Shown here piece by piece: positions 40,711 through 52,500 of a stretch of 64,000 nt of DNA. A program made the position numbers and the translations under genes. Source of the DNA: Polymyxa betae A26-41 (lineage: Eukaryota; Protista; Endomyxa: Phytomyxea); contig RBZT01000404.1 in the NCBI GenBank assembly GCA_003693705.1, positions 70,115 through 134,114 of the forward strand, written 5' to 3'. The notes below the pieces were generated by a model that worked only from the letters and a program-made list of their open reading frames with translations, was not told the origin of the DNA and searched no databases. Within the stretch, counting starts at the first letter, position 1. Every line of letters begins with the position of its first letter.

Positions 40711-41118
40711 GCGCCGATATGTGTAATGAGACTGAAACGCGAACCACGATAAGTGCCGGGAAAATCGTTCGAGCCACGAATGTCTCTTCGATCATCAGCA
40801 ATTGTGTAGACCGTCCAGCGATCGGCTGTGGCTTGCGCTCCTGATATGACTGCAGAATGATGAACGCTGCCCGCTATTACATACCCGCCAGCGACCGTTC
40901 GGCTACGTGTGACTACAGACTACCGTTACAATGATGTTACGCTCCGTGTCACTTGGACGCCGCCGCTCCCGATTCGCACCAATCGCGGCAATCCTGACTT
41001 TCTGCGGACTTGGCAGCCCAGACCGTGGGTTTGTATCAAAGGCTGGGTGGCCCCATTGCCCCAATACGTTTCACGTCGGAGCCCTTCCCTGGGAGCTCAC
41101 TGCTGAACATAACACGCT

Positions 41119-42616
41119 ATGGCGCTGGCGCCTCCCTCCAGCCCGGCATTCGAGACACCCGAGCTGTAAGTACTATCGGGCGGATGGGTGCAGACCGGCG
41201 GCCGTACTGACCACCCCGTCGTTGGGCTTGCCAGATCGGATCTCGACCATGCCGTCTACGAGTATCTGTGCCTGCGCGGGTTCAATTCGATCGCGCAGGC
41301 GTTCATGACGTCGACGTTCCAGTGCGGAGGCAGCGTCCCCGTTCCGATGTCATCGTTGTATCGGTTCTGGCACGCCCCCGTCCCGGATCAGCAGCAGGCG
41401 ACGCCGACGACCGCAACGACGCCGCCCCTGGCTCAGGCCCCAGGGCCCGGAACAACGCCCGCCGTCGTCACGGCAGCGACGACGACCCAGCCGCGACCCT
41501 CACCGACCGGAGACAAGCTACATCCGTGTACATGGCCCAATTGCACGCAATCGTTCAGGAAGAAGAGCAACTTGCAGAGGTTCGAATTGGCTCATTTCGG
41601 CTCTGTGCTCTGTGCATAATTTTTCCTGTTTATTCTGGTTTCACATTTTAAATTTTCTGGACTGACGTTACTGTATGCAACATCTGATGATGTATCGCTT
41701 AGGCATATGCTGTTACATGAAGGTCGGCGGCCGTATCGTTGCACCGTGACTGTGGCGGACGGGACCTGCTGCGATAAGACGTTCGCCCGCGAGTCCGATC
41801 TGGCAGCGCACGTTCGCGTCCATAGTCCGTCCAGTTTTTCGGATCCGATCCCGGTGGTACTGACCCTCGTGCTCAGATGGAGTCCGGCCTTTCGTCTGCC
41901 CCGATTGCGGCAGGAAATTCACCCGGAATTCGGTGCGTCTTGTCGTTTTTGCCTTTGTTCAGCTGATTTTTTTTATAATTTTCGGCTGAATTTTACATTA
42001 TTGTTATCTGATGACCAATTATGATAGGATTGGAGATCTCATGTTAAGTCAGTACATAATCGGGCTCCTTATTCCTGTCCAGGGACCGGCTGCGGCGGCC
42101 GATTCGAGACGCTGAAGGAGCTTCGCGCCCATTTCCCGCACTGCACCGCCTCCGATGCCAATGCTGAGAAACAGCGGATCATGGCGGCCGCGGTCGATGA
42201 CGATCTTCAAGATGGCGATGGAGGTGGCGGCGACGCTGTTCCCGTCGTCGCCGTCACTGCTCCTTGCCAGGTCTCTACATGCAGCCATAATCCACCACTT
42301 TCCACATCACCAAAACGATTTGCCTGTTCTGGTCATGGTCAGCCGTCCTTCCAGGTATCTTTTGTCATTCATGTTAGGGTTTTAGGGTTTGGACTGCCGC
42401 TGTGCCATTCTTATTGTATTTGGTGTGCTTCTGTCAACGTTTTTTCTTTTGAAGCTGTCGACCTTGCATTGATTTCTCGTTTAGGTTCGTCATGATGATC
42501 ATATTGATTTCTTAATCGATGGCGAATTACATCATTGGACCGATAAGTACTGTGAAAGTCACGGGCTCTTCAGCCTGATCGATTACGCGCCCAGCTCAAC
42601 GCCGTTATCCAATTGA
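41119..42616 (+). CDS. LisH + four C2H2-type zinc fingers + His-rich C-terminal motif; putative transcription factor, multi-exon
   Basis: SDLDHAVYEYLCLRGFNSIAQAF (LisH); HPCTWPNCTQSFRKKSNLQR|HMLLH; EGRRPYRC...FARESDLAAHVRVH; GVRPFVCPDCGRKF...HVKSVH; PYSCPGTGCGGRF...LRAH; last exon VRHDDHIDFLIDGELHHW...CESHG. Confidence 0.82.
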
Positions 42617-43092
42617 CCTTGGCCGAGTCATAATCAATGGCATACCTAAGCGCCGTGCTGCCCCGGGAGCCGCTAATAGCTCTTCGCAATCATATATCTA
42701 TGATATTGTATATATCCCTATTCGAGACAAAGATCAAATTCGTTCAATTGTCGCAGTTGGCTGTGTCATTGGGCCAGAATATGTAATACACGAGACCCTA
42801 AAACCTAACAGAACCCTGTTCACACACCAACCCACCAGCCTTTTCTCAACTTTGCAATCTCGCATCATCGTCAATCGATGCCGTTCTGATTCCGCTAACA
42901 AGTTTGCACACGAGTGAGGTCTGGCATCAACGCAAAGCACAGCCCGGGGTCGTGGGGTTAGCTCGGGGTTGTAGGGTGATGCTATCTGATGATTGTTGTG
43001 AGCGGAATCGCGCAGTTGCTCTTTCGATCGCGTGATATCGAGGATCAGGGTCGGGTAGTGATACTGCCCCCCAGGTACCAAACACAATACAA

Positions 43093-46000
43093 ATGGAGGC
43101 GCTACCACCGCTTCACGATCATAGCGCCTGGGACGCCCTGGCCCAGGATATCGCCGCCGACGAATCGGACTGGTCGGCGTCCGTCTCGCATCAGACCGAC
43201 CCGTATAGTATCCTAAACATGTACGCCATTTCAATCATCTCGAAACCGATGTGGTGCTGGCTCCGAACCATTTTCTGTTTACTCAGCGAGCACGTTTCCG
43301 GGATTGTTTAATGTTTCACATTGCATGTGGCATTTGTGTTACAGTCCTGCTGGTCGTCTTTTCCTTTTGCAAGTTGAAGAACATCGACTTCTCCTTCAAT
43401 GTGGTTTTCATGCAGAATTTTATTCCCACAGACGGAAGAGTGTCTTCAGCTGTGTTAACCTTTATCTTAGTCTGGGTTGAATTCATCCTTTTGTTTGGTG
43501 TTTTGAAATCGGTCGCCTATGAAATGTTAACTCGATCACATTAAGGCCTTTACTTCATTATATCGTTGATGTTTTTTAACAGTTCATTAACTGGGCTGGA
43601 TTCGCTTTGCCGTCAAGGTTTCGCTTTTTCATCATTTGTGGATCTAACACCGTTCTGATATTGTGATTTACAATCTTGCTATTCTCATAGTGTGTCTTAC
43701 TGACAATTTGCTCTTCGTGTTTGATCATGTTTCCCCACTGTCTGATCATATGGCTGTTATGAACGACACATCGCTGATGATCGAATTTCCACAGATCGCG
43801 GGCCAGTTCGGCTCATGATGTTCGTCTCCGGTACCGTCAGATGAGTCTCTTGTTCCATCCAGATCGGCATGCAACGTCCGGGTCGGCGCCGTCCGCTATC
43901 GCGTCCATATTCCCGATCGTGTCGGCGGCCAGTACGACATTGTCGGCGCCGTCGGAACGAGCCGCATTCGATATCCTGGGCGTATCGACTGAACATGATA
44001 AGGTCAGGTCGATCTGGCTGCGTTTCCGTTGATTCCGGGTTTGGGTCTGTAACGTGACATCAGTTCCCGATCTGTTACATTACGTTACCCGGCTCCGTTT
44101 TCCGCCGTCGCCGCTTTCATTTCGCTCGTCTCGCCAACGTTTCGATATGAATCATGAAACCCTAAACCCTAACTCCTTTTTCAATAGAGCCGTTTCGATC
44201 CGTTCAGCGAGACGCTGCTAACACGCGCCGAGCTCGAGAAGCAGGTTCTCAATTCCGCCATCCAATCCGAACTGCAGCGTCGTCAGCGTCTGACGCAATG
44301 TCAGCTGGACGCCACCAGCGGTAATACCGGCCCCCCCCGGCCCGGCCGGGCCGGGTCCGCTCAGCCGAGTCGCCCGCTGAATCATCGCTGCTGTTACAGG
44401 GCCGGGTCCGGCGACGACCGAATTCCAGAGCCAGGTGCAGTTCGATATCGGTACCGGATACGACGCCGTCGGATTCGCGTCGTCGTTCACTCGCAGCCTG
44501 ACGATGCGTTCGACCTGCATTCTCCAACTCTTCTGGTAAATTCATTCTTCGGTCTTCTTTCGTCATCGTTTCTCGAAACCATCTTCGCTTCTGGGTTTTA
44601 TTCTTCGCTCTCGTCCCAGATTGGGCTCTGATCAATTAAGGTCAGGTCGCGAACGTATGATCTTTGGACATCGTCGAAGGTGGCGTTGGCTGTCACGAAC
44701 GCCAACTTGTCGTTGGATGCGATCGGGACCAGAAAGCTGTCGCTGACGACCTCCGGACAGATGTGTGTCGGGCTGCGGACCCGTCTGCGCCAGTTCGTCA
44801 CGCTCTGGTTCCGTCTGATGCACGCCTTCTCCGATTCTATGCTCGGAACACTCACGTTGACTCTGTCGCCATTACCCACCATCAGCTGTAATATCAATCA
44901 ACGATTCAGCAAACGGAATCGAGGTGCGCTTTAATGCTTTGAATCTCGTTTTTTGAAGATCCCTTTCTCGGCTGCTTTTACGCCTGATTTCTCGAACTCT
45001 TTTCCATTTCCGTTTTGTTTTTTTTACAGGGTTTTCACCTAACCCATTTTTCGTCTTGACTAAATGGCCTTCAGGCATGATGTCGTACAACGGCGGCCTT
45101 CGTCTTTCTGGCCTGAACAGCGGTCTTGAGAGCAAAGTTCAATATCGACTCAATCGTCGTTATCACGTAATGCTGCGGGATGCTGATTGCTGATTCGTTG
45201 CCGATCGTCGTATCAGGTATTCGCGGATCTTCACGGCTTCATCGTCGACAGCAGTCTCGAGGTCGGCATCTGTCGCCGCTTTCTTCATGCCCCTGGTCTA
45301 TCGCTGTCCTACTCGTTAACCTTCTCTGATTCCGAGGGCGTTCTCGTTAACTTAACCGCTGAGAGAGGTCCATGTCGAATTCGTCTGCCTTTATCTCTTA
45401 CTGTACGCAGAACCCAAATTTCAAAGCTCAATTTATAATGTTCTCTTTAGGCCAACGAACCCGAGCCTTTCGCGCGCTATTGGAAGCTTCTCATGCTGCT
45501 TCCACTGATCGTTCAGGCGGGCGCGATCGTATTCCGATACCGACTGCAGCCTGAGCTTAGCTCTCAAGGCTTGATTTATGTTCGGCAACGTCGAGAGGCG
45601 ATTCAGTGGCAGAAAGAGCACAGAAAAGAAGCTCAGCTGATTGCTATGAGAGAAGAAGGTGACGGCTGCACCGAATCGGTGTTTTGACCTGATCTGATCC
45701 TGTTCCAGATGAGAACGGGCTGGTGATTGTTGATGCCAGATACGGCGATCTGTCGTCTCTATCCAGCCAGGATGGTCCAAATCTGTATGGAGGCGATGAT
45801 GATGATGATGAAGTCCTAGATGGAATGGAGTCGCTGTTTCCTGCAACAATCGATGCTGCTGTAGGCACTTGACGACTGTCAATTTGGCATTTTTTTTTGC
45901 AGTTTGAAATGAAAAGTTAAAAAAGTTTTTGCTTTTTTCAAACTCTTTCGGAAATCTCAAAATGTTGTTATTTTCGTTTTGGCGTTTTTTTCATCGTCCA

Positions 46001-46279
46001 TATCGCCAACTGCCGTGTATTTAAACCATTGTCGATTCGTGTTTCTACAAAGTTCAATCACTAATGAGCATGCAGATTCCATTACAGATGTTGGTGAAAC
46101 ATGGTCGTTTGGAGATTCGCGGCTCGATCGCGTCGTTATCGGGTCTGTTCGCCGTTCGTCACAGTCCGCATTGTCGTCTGCGTATTCGATATCGCTACGA
46201 TTGTGTCGATCATGAGGCCATCATTGCTGACGGCGAGGACTTCACGCTCCCGAACCCCGCCCACATTATTCGAATATAG
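43093..46279 (+). CDS. DNAJC11: DnaJ homolog subfamily C member 11-like, multi-exon
   Basis: J-domain DPYSILNI|SR...RYRQMSLLFHPDRH...RAAFDILG; C-terminal DUF3395-type GLVIVDARYG...IPLQMLVKHGRL...LRIRYRY...HEAIIADGEDFTLP..AH. Confidence 0.85.
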
Positions 46280-46563
46280 CGCCGTATCTATTGCACAGAC
46301 GAGCCAGTACGACACCCGATTGCCAAAACGTAGTCCGTATCGTCAATCAGCATTGGCACGAGCACGCTTAGGATGTGGATACAAGCCTGGCGCCATTCCA
46401 TTCATTAATAGCGGGAAATCAATCCGGGTTTCGAAAGGCGAATTAATCACGGAAGGCAGTATGACCTGAAGGGCTTCTTCACGCTGTCAGATCGGGGCGC
46501 CCTTTATCTTCATTTCCCATAATCGATTATTTATCTAGATATATCGGCGTCCGGCGGTCGTCT

Positions 46564-48062
46564 ATGATGTCGTCGTTCGGGTTGCGAAGGGACGCCGGCG
46601 CCCAGCTGTTTCAATGCTCGGCGGATTCGATCGCCCGCACCTTACTGCCGGCGCAATCGCCGATCCTGATCGCCGACATCTGGTCTCTGGTCCTGCATTA
46701 TACAGACGCCAGCACGCTGGCGCGATTCGCCACGGTCAGCCTGGACGCCAGCGAGATCGTCCAGCTCGAGCGTCGTCGCCGTCGTCAAGACGAACTGCAA
46801 TCATGGCGTCGTGCTGCGGACGAATTCCGTCAGAAACAGGCGGCGGCCGCCCAGCGTCGGCAACGCCTGTCGCCGCGCATGGCCGAGTCGCTCGACACGC
46901 AGCTACGGGCGTCGATCAACGCCGAGCACGTCGTGCGCGCCCGCGTCCTGTTCGAATACGGCGCGCGAACGTCGCTGACGACGCACGCCGGCCATGGCCA
47001 GGTCAACTTCGCCTCGATTTCGCAGCGCATTCTCGACGAGGACGAATCGCAAGAGCCGCGTCTGATCATGCTGGCCCAGCTGGTGCTGTTGTGCGGGCCG
47101 CCGTCCGCGACGACGTCGACCGTGGGCAACCGGCGTCTGTCGGCGTTCGACATCATCCTGTCGTTCGGCGTCGATCGACGACCGCAGACAAGCCTGCGCC
47201 TCCTGCAGATGCTGGCGGCGGCCGGGTTCCGGATCCCGTGCGCCAGCCTGCCGTCCTGGACCGCCTTCATGGACTCGTTCGCCGTCGAGAAACGATCGCA
47301 GGAGGTCAGCGGCAGCATCGTTCGCATCGCGATCGCACACCATTGTAAATTCATATCTTTTTCCGTTTTTTTTTTTATTTTCGCTCTTTTCTACAGTTTT
47401 GTTTTCCCTGTCGTACCGGCCCATGACGTTTCTCTTGTGCTAAAGGGTTCGATCTGGACAGTGTGATGGGTGACGGGTCCTGGAATCGGTTCCCGCATGC
47501 GATTCTGGGCGCCATTCCCAGCCACTTTCTGCTATCGGAGATGATCGCGGCGGCCGCCCCCCAGATCCGATCGTGGCGTCCGGTTCAGACGCGGCGCCTG
47601 AATCGCCTGCTTCGGGACCACGGGCAATCGTCGGCCACCGTCCTCGAGTACTTTCAGCGATTCGGCCATACGCGGCGCCTGCTCCGAAGCATTCTGCTCC
47701 AGTCCCGACCGCTGCGCCAGGTCGTGCTGGTCCAATGGCCGCAGATCCTCGTGCATCTGTATGAATGCCATGACCATACGACACTGAGGCTGTTGTATGA
47801 TCTGGAATCTGTTTTGGTCGGGTCGTTGGCGATCGATGATCGTGGGAATACGTTGCTGCATTATATGGCACGGGTCCCTAATCGGATCGCTGCTCGATGT
47901 CTGGCCATGTTCACAGGCGACTCTCTCCTGAATCGTAATGATGATGGGGAGAGCGCTATGGAGGTTGCTGAGCGGTTCGGGCATTGCCTGCCGTTTAATA
48001 CTGTCGAAGCCGCATCCGATGAATTATCACATCTGAGCCGCATTCACATCCTCCATGAATAA
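46564..48062 (+). CDS. F-box-like plus ankyrin-repeat protein (2 exons)
   Basis: LIADIWSLVLHYTDASTLARFATVS (F-box-like); DDRGNTLLHYMAR...NRNDDGESAMEVA (ankyrin). An intron of about 47345-47445 joins the two ORFs in frame. Confidence 0.65.
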
Positions 48063-48456
48063 ACAAATAGTTCGATGTTCCTGAATCGAGACCTGTTGCT
48101 GTAATGAATGTTGAAGTTTCATCTTGCAGTACGAATCATCAACTCCAGTTCTGTGACCTATAATTATCTGATCGTATTGGCGAGGTCACCCGTCAACAGC
48201 AACGCTGACACAATCCTGTGATTCGCTTGGTGTCAAAAAAGTGATCGCCAACGGTGACAACTGCAGCAATTGTCATGAAGTTTTCAGATTCCTAAATTTC
48301 CAATTTTCTGGGCACAATTACAGTACACATTTCGGCTTTGCCGCGCTCGAAACTTATATTGGGAACCATGTGTACGACTCTTCGTACAATTAGCAGGTTT
48401 GCCGAAATTAAGACGTGAGAGTTCATTTTGAATCTTCGTTTTATATTGAAGACTTT

Positions 48457-48860
48457 TTAATACCGACCTTGAGTTTCAGTCCTCGTAACAGTCCAATCTT
48501 TCGGCCCAAATCTGTTCATTTGAGGCTGCCTTTCATCGGTACAGAAATGCGCCCGACCTAGAGCATGACACAGGAACCCGTTCCATGTGGTCAAACCCTG
48601 CTGGCTGCAGCCCTCCAGAGATGTTTCGTCAACATCTATTTCGGTCATTTCTTCCCAGCTTTAGCAGCGGAAAAATGACATTTCCAGCAGGACGCAGGCG
48701 TTGATACGCCACAATTCTTCGTACTGGTCCTTGGAAGCGAGCTGGTTGTCGACATTCCAAGCTGCCAAAAACTCATGCAATCCGGGAGATTGTTGAAATT
48801 CCTTGGTACGAACGGGCGACGTGTTGTCGCATTTGCTCAGGACAAGCCGTTCTTCATGTA
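48457..48860 (-). pseudogene. Possible decayed MULE transposase fragment
   Basis: LVLSKC...LHEFLAAWN...KDQYEELW resembles the MULE segment after the CxxH motif; contains an in-frame stop. Confidence 0.25.
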
Positions 48861-48923
48861 TGAAAAGTCTAACCGTCACACCCTCTTTATTCTTGATGTT
48901 TCCTCGTTTATTGATTTAAGTAT

Positions 48924-49041
48924 CAGACTTTTATTGGCAATCCATACAATCGCCCAGCGGTTGACCATATTGATTGAAAAAGAGAACAATAACGTAGATA
49001 ATTTAAGATGGATAACAATTCAGAACAATGGGCATAACAGA
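48924..49041 (+). pseudogene. HNH endonuclease relic (HNH_3 / homing-endonuclease type)
   Basis: QTFIGNPYNRPAVDHID* followed, after a frameshift, by KENNNVDNLRWITIQNNGHNR, matching the consensus FIPNPxNKPxVDHIDxNKxNNxVxNLRWVTxxEN. Confidence 0.7.
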
Positions 49042-49380
49042 GTCGATAATAAGGAGTACCTAAATATCATGAAATGAAATGATAGACATACAGGGTTCAG
49101 TTTTCGTTCCGATCTCGAAAGAGGATATGTACTGAAGATGAAAGGAAGTTGTCACACCACTGACAATTTTAACATGATCGCCTTAGCTGGAATCGGAATA
49201 ATGGGTCTCCATCGCCTGGGAGAACTCGCAAGTCGCACCACACAAGGGCTCTGCGCCATGTTTGGGTCAGTTGATAATCGGGGAAACTGGGGGATCTCTT
49301 TGCCTGTACAAAAGAGGGATATTAATCGCGACAGCATTGTAGTGAAATATGCCAAGGAAGACATGACTGTCAAGAACCAT

Positions 49381-49573
49381 CGAGATGCCTGCATATCGTC
49401 TCTATCGTCGAGAGATGCCTGCATATTGTCTTTATCGTCGAGAGATGCCTGCATATCGTCGCTATCGTCGAGAGATGCCTTCATATCGTCGCTATCGTCG
49501 AGAGATGCCTTCATATCGTCTCTATCGTCGATGATAGAGCTGCCTGCATATCGCTCTATCATCTATCATCGAT
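49381..49573. repeat. 30-bp tandem repeat (about 5-6 copies) ending in an 11-bp inverted repeat
   Basis: (cgagagatgcctkcatatcgtckctatcgt)n; inverted repeat gatgatagagc 49530-49540 / gctctatcatc 49553-49563. Confidence 0.9.
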
Positions 49574-52500
49574 GAATGCTGTTCAAAAACCATATCGAGT
49601 TGATGCAATCTCATCAGGACTTTGTTTACAAAGCGACAAATACAGACAAAGCGCCATATTTTGGAGACGAGGATTACAAGTACAGAAACGGACGACGATC
49701 CTGAATAATAAACACGAAGAACCCTCACGCAATGCATTAAAATAAATAACGAAATATTATTGATACACCCATACATTGGGACAGAACGCAGCATTACAGA
49801 CAGAAAGAAATATTAGAAAGATTTCGTTGAGTATATAGATGAATGCAACAACGAAAGCCCGCGCTGAACAAAATCATCACAGGCGACCTTAACACTCGCG
49901 ATCAGCGCTTTGGAATCAAACACCAAGAGAACCATGAATATTTAGACCAAATCGTTTTAACCTTGGATATAATTAGCGACAAATACACACCGACCAGAAA
50001 AGAAAACACATTAGATATTACATTAGCGAATAACTTCGCCGTCGAAAGTCAAATACGGACGAAGGTCCTCCATAAGCTGAGCAATGCTCACAATCCGACA
50101 AAAACAGAAGTGACACTCAAAGAAAATCCAATTCACGACAGAACAGAGCCTGAGCGGCAGAAAATTGAATACTCCCGAAAACGAGGAAAACATCCAAGAA
50201 GCAATAAAGAAATAGAGGAAGAAGAGGAACAATTAACACCAGTACCAATAAAGTTCTGGACATCACAATTGAAAAAGGCAGTCCGACTGCATAATAAGTG
50301 CAGAAGGGTAGCAAAAACCCAAATACGAAATGAAGACACAGAACAAACATATATAAAGTACAAACAGGCTCAGAGAGACTTCAGAAAACTGTTTCGAAAG
50401 ACCACGATGCAAAGATCCCACTGGTGCAGAATTTTATAAACTCATTAAACAACTAGAGCCAAACCTTAGTAAAAAGACATGGCAGCAGAACATCCATACA
50501 CTCGAAGCAGATGAAGAGACTGAAAAGATTGCAAAGCAATTTGAGAGCATATTTTGGACAAGCAGTGAACCCCACAGAAACAGAACGTCGCAAACTAAGG
50601 AACGAGCTCAGAGATATCAGAGACAGAATGCGAGACGAAGAAAGCCCGCACTTCACAATCAGAGAACTAGAGCAGGCCATCAGAAGAGCAAATATGAGAT
50701 CTGCGAAAGGGCGCGACGGAATGTCCAATCGGCTTATCAAAATTGCATACAGACTTCGCAAGAATACTTCTGCAAGCAATTAATAAGCAAATCGAGATAG
50801 GAAAATACCCTCTGGAACGAATAGAAGCTAGATTAATACCACTTCTGAAGCCTAAACCTGGAGAGCACTGACCGATCAGCCAATTACCAAACCTATCTAA
50901 ATCGATAGAATATATGATACAGATCCGAATGAGAGAAATAATACAGTAGAAGCTCGATCGTATTCAATTTGGCTGCAGGCCAGGACATTGTACTATCCAG
51001 GCATTACTGCGTCTTATGCATTACTCGGGATATGCTGCTGGCACTGATCAGCAGTTCGGAGCTATTCTATATGACTTCACAAAAGCCTATGATAGAGTCC
51101 TGAAACATATCTTTGGTTAAAAAGATGATTAGTGGGTATCAAACATGCGCTTTCCGTAGCTTTTAAGGTCTGATTTAAAAGTTTTAAAAGTGCTTTTAAC
51201 TCTGCAGTTGATGCTATAAATCTGTGAAAAATAGGTATTTTTCCGATTTTTTTCGCAAGTTTGCGTGGCCTCCACTTTAAAAGCGCTTTTAACATTTAAA
51301 AGCATTTCCCGAGGTGCTTTTAAGATTTAAAAGCGCTTTTAAAATTCTCCGGAACGCCGACTTTGATACCCCCTATTGAATCAAACACCCCTGCTTATCT
51401 GATAAGCATCATATATTTAACGAAAACAAAAAAATGGAATCCCACAAGGATCCAGTCTCAGTGTACTTTTATGGGACCTCCCATTAAAACCGAAACTCGC
51501 GAACACGTATGTGGATGATACAGTACGATGGGCGCGCAATAAGCCATGACAGACACGTCGCAGAAAATCGCCTAAAGTATCAACTTGAAAGAATGATCAC
51601 CTGGTGCGAGAAGAATAAGATTAGAATCAACACCGACAAAACATTCGTATTATTCAATGAACATAACCCAGATGACTGCATTGTAACAGATAAAATGACC
51701 ATAAAAACGACTGAGTCGATACGCTACTTAGGAGCCCAACTAACAGCCAACAATGACAATAACAATTCAACATTTCTCATACAAACGAGCAAGGTCGCGT
51801 TGTAAGGTTATCAAGCAAATTCAAAAGTACAAAATTCCCCGAAAAGTATGTAAACAAGCATGTACGGCCTTGATTGGAGGTATCTTCAACTATTACCTAC
51901 CCTGGATGGGAGGAGAAATGCATATTAAAGGCACCCTGCGCCCTATTGAAATTGCATACAACGAATATATGAGAACATACACAAGATGTCTAAGATCCAC
52001 TCCAATCCCCATACTTTATGCAGTCTCGAAATTCCCTCTGCTAGAAGATAAAATCAGCACTGACTCTACACTGAGAGTATTACAAGCTGTTGCACAGGGA
52101 AATCTACTGGCAGATGATTACTCGAAATGGGGACAAGGCAGGATGTCATGTCGACGGATGAACCCCCTTTCGGGAAAGCCAGACAGGGCCTAGAAAGACG
52201 ATATGGCTCACGCATCCATTCCCAAGATCTAATACCTTCAAAGATCCTTGAGCGGTTAACAAAATGTAAATTCCACACGAGTGATAAGAAAACAGCCATG
52301 GAGAAACGCCGAAACGGAGAATGAATCCCAATACCCAGATATCGCAATTTGGACTGACGGGTCCTGGAATAGAGAACCGCAAGACCAATGCTAGAGCAGA
52401 TCTAGACACAATCAGATCTTTTAACCACAAAATCGCCAGATACACATATTTACTGGTTCTCTTTCTTGTCTACAGCAGCTTGCCACGTTACCGTACAAAT

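Noticed and set aside
4979-46279. Alternative genetic code to explain the fragmented ORFs
   Set aside because: The breaks are explained by short GT-AG introns, and all three stop codons are used as terminators.
46614-47984. Long alternative-frame and antisense ORFs
   Set aside because: Shadow ORFs of a GC-rich coding region.
49138-49575. ORFs on both strands across the 30-bp repeat
   Set aside because: The open frames are a by-product of a stop-free 30-bp unit; no domain is recognisable.
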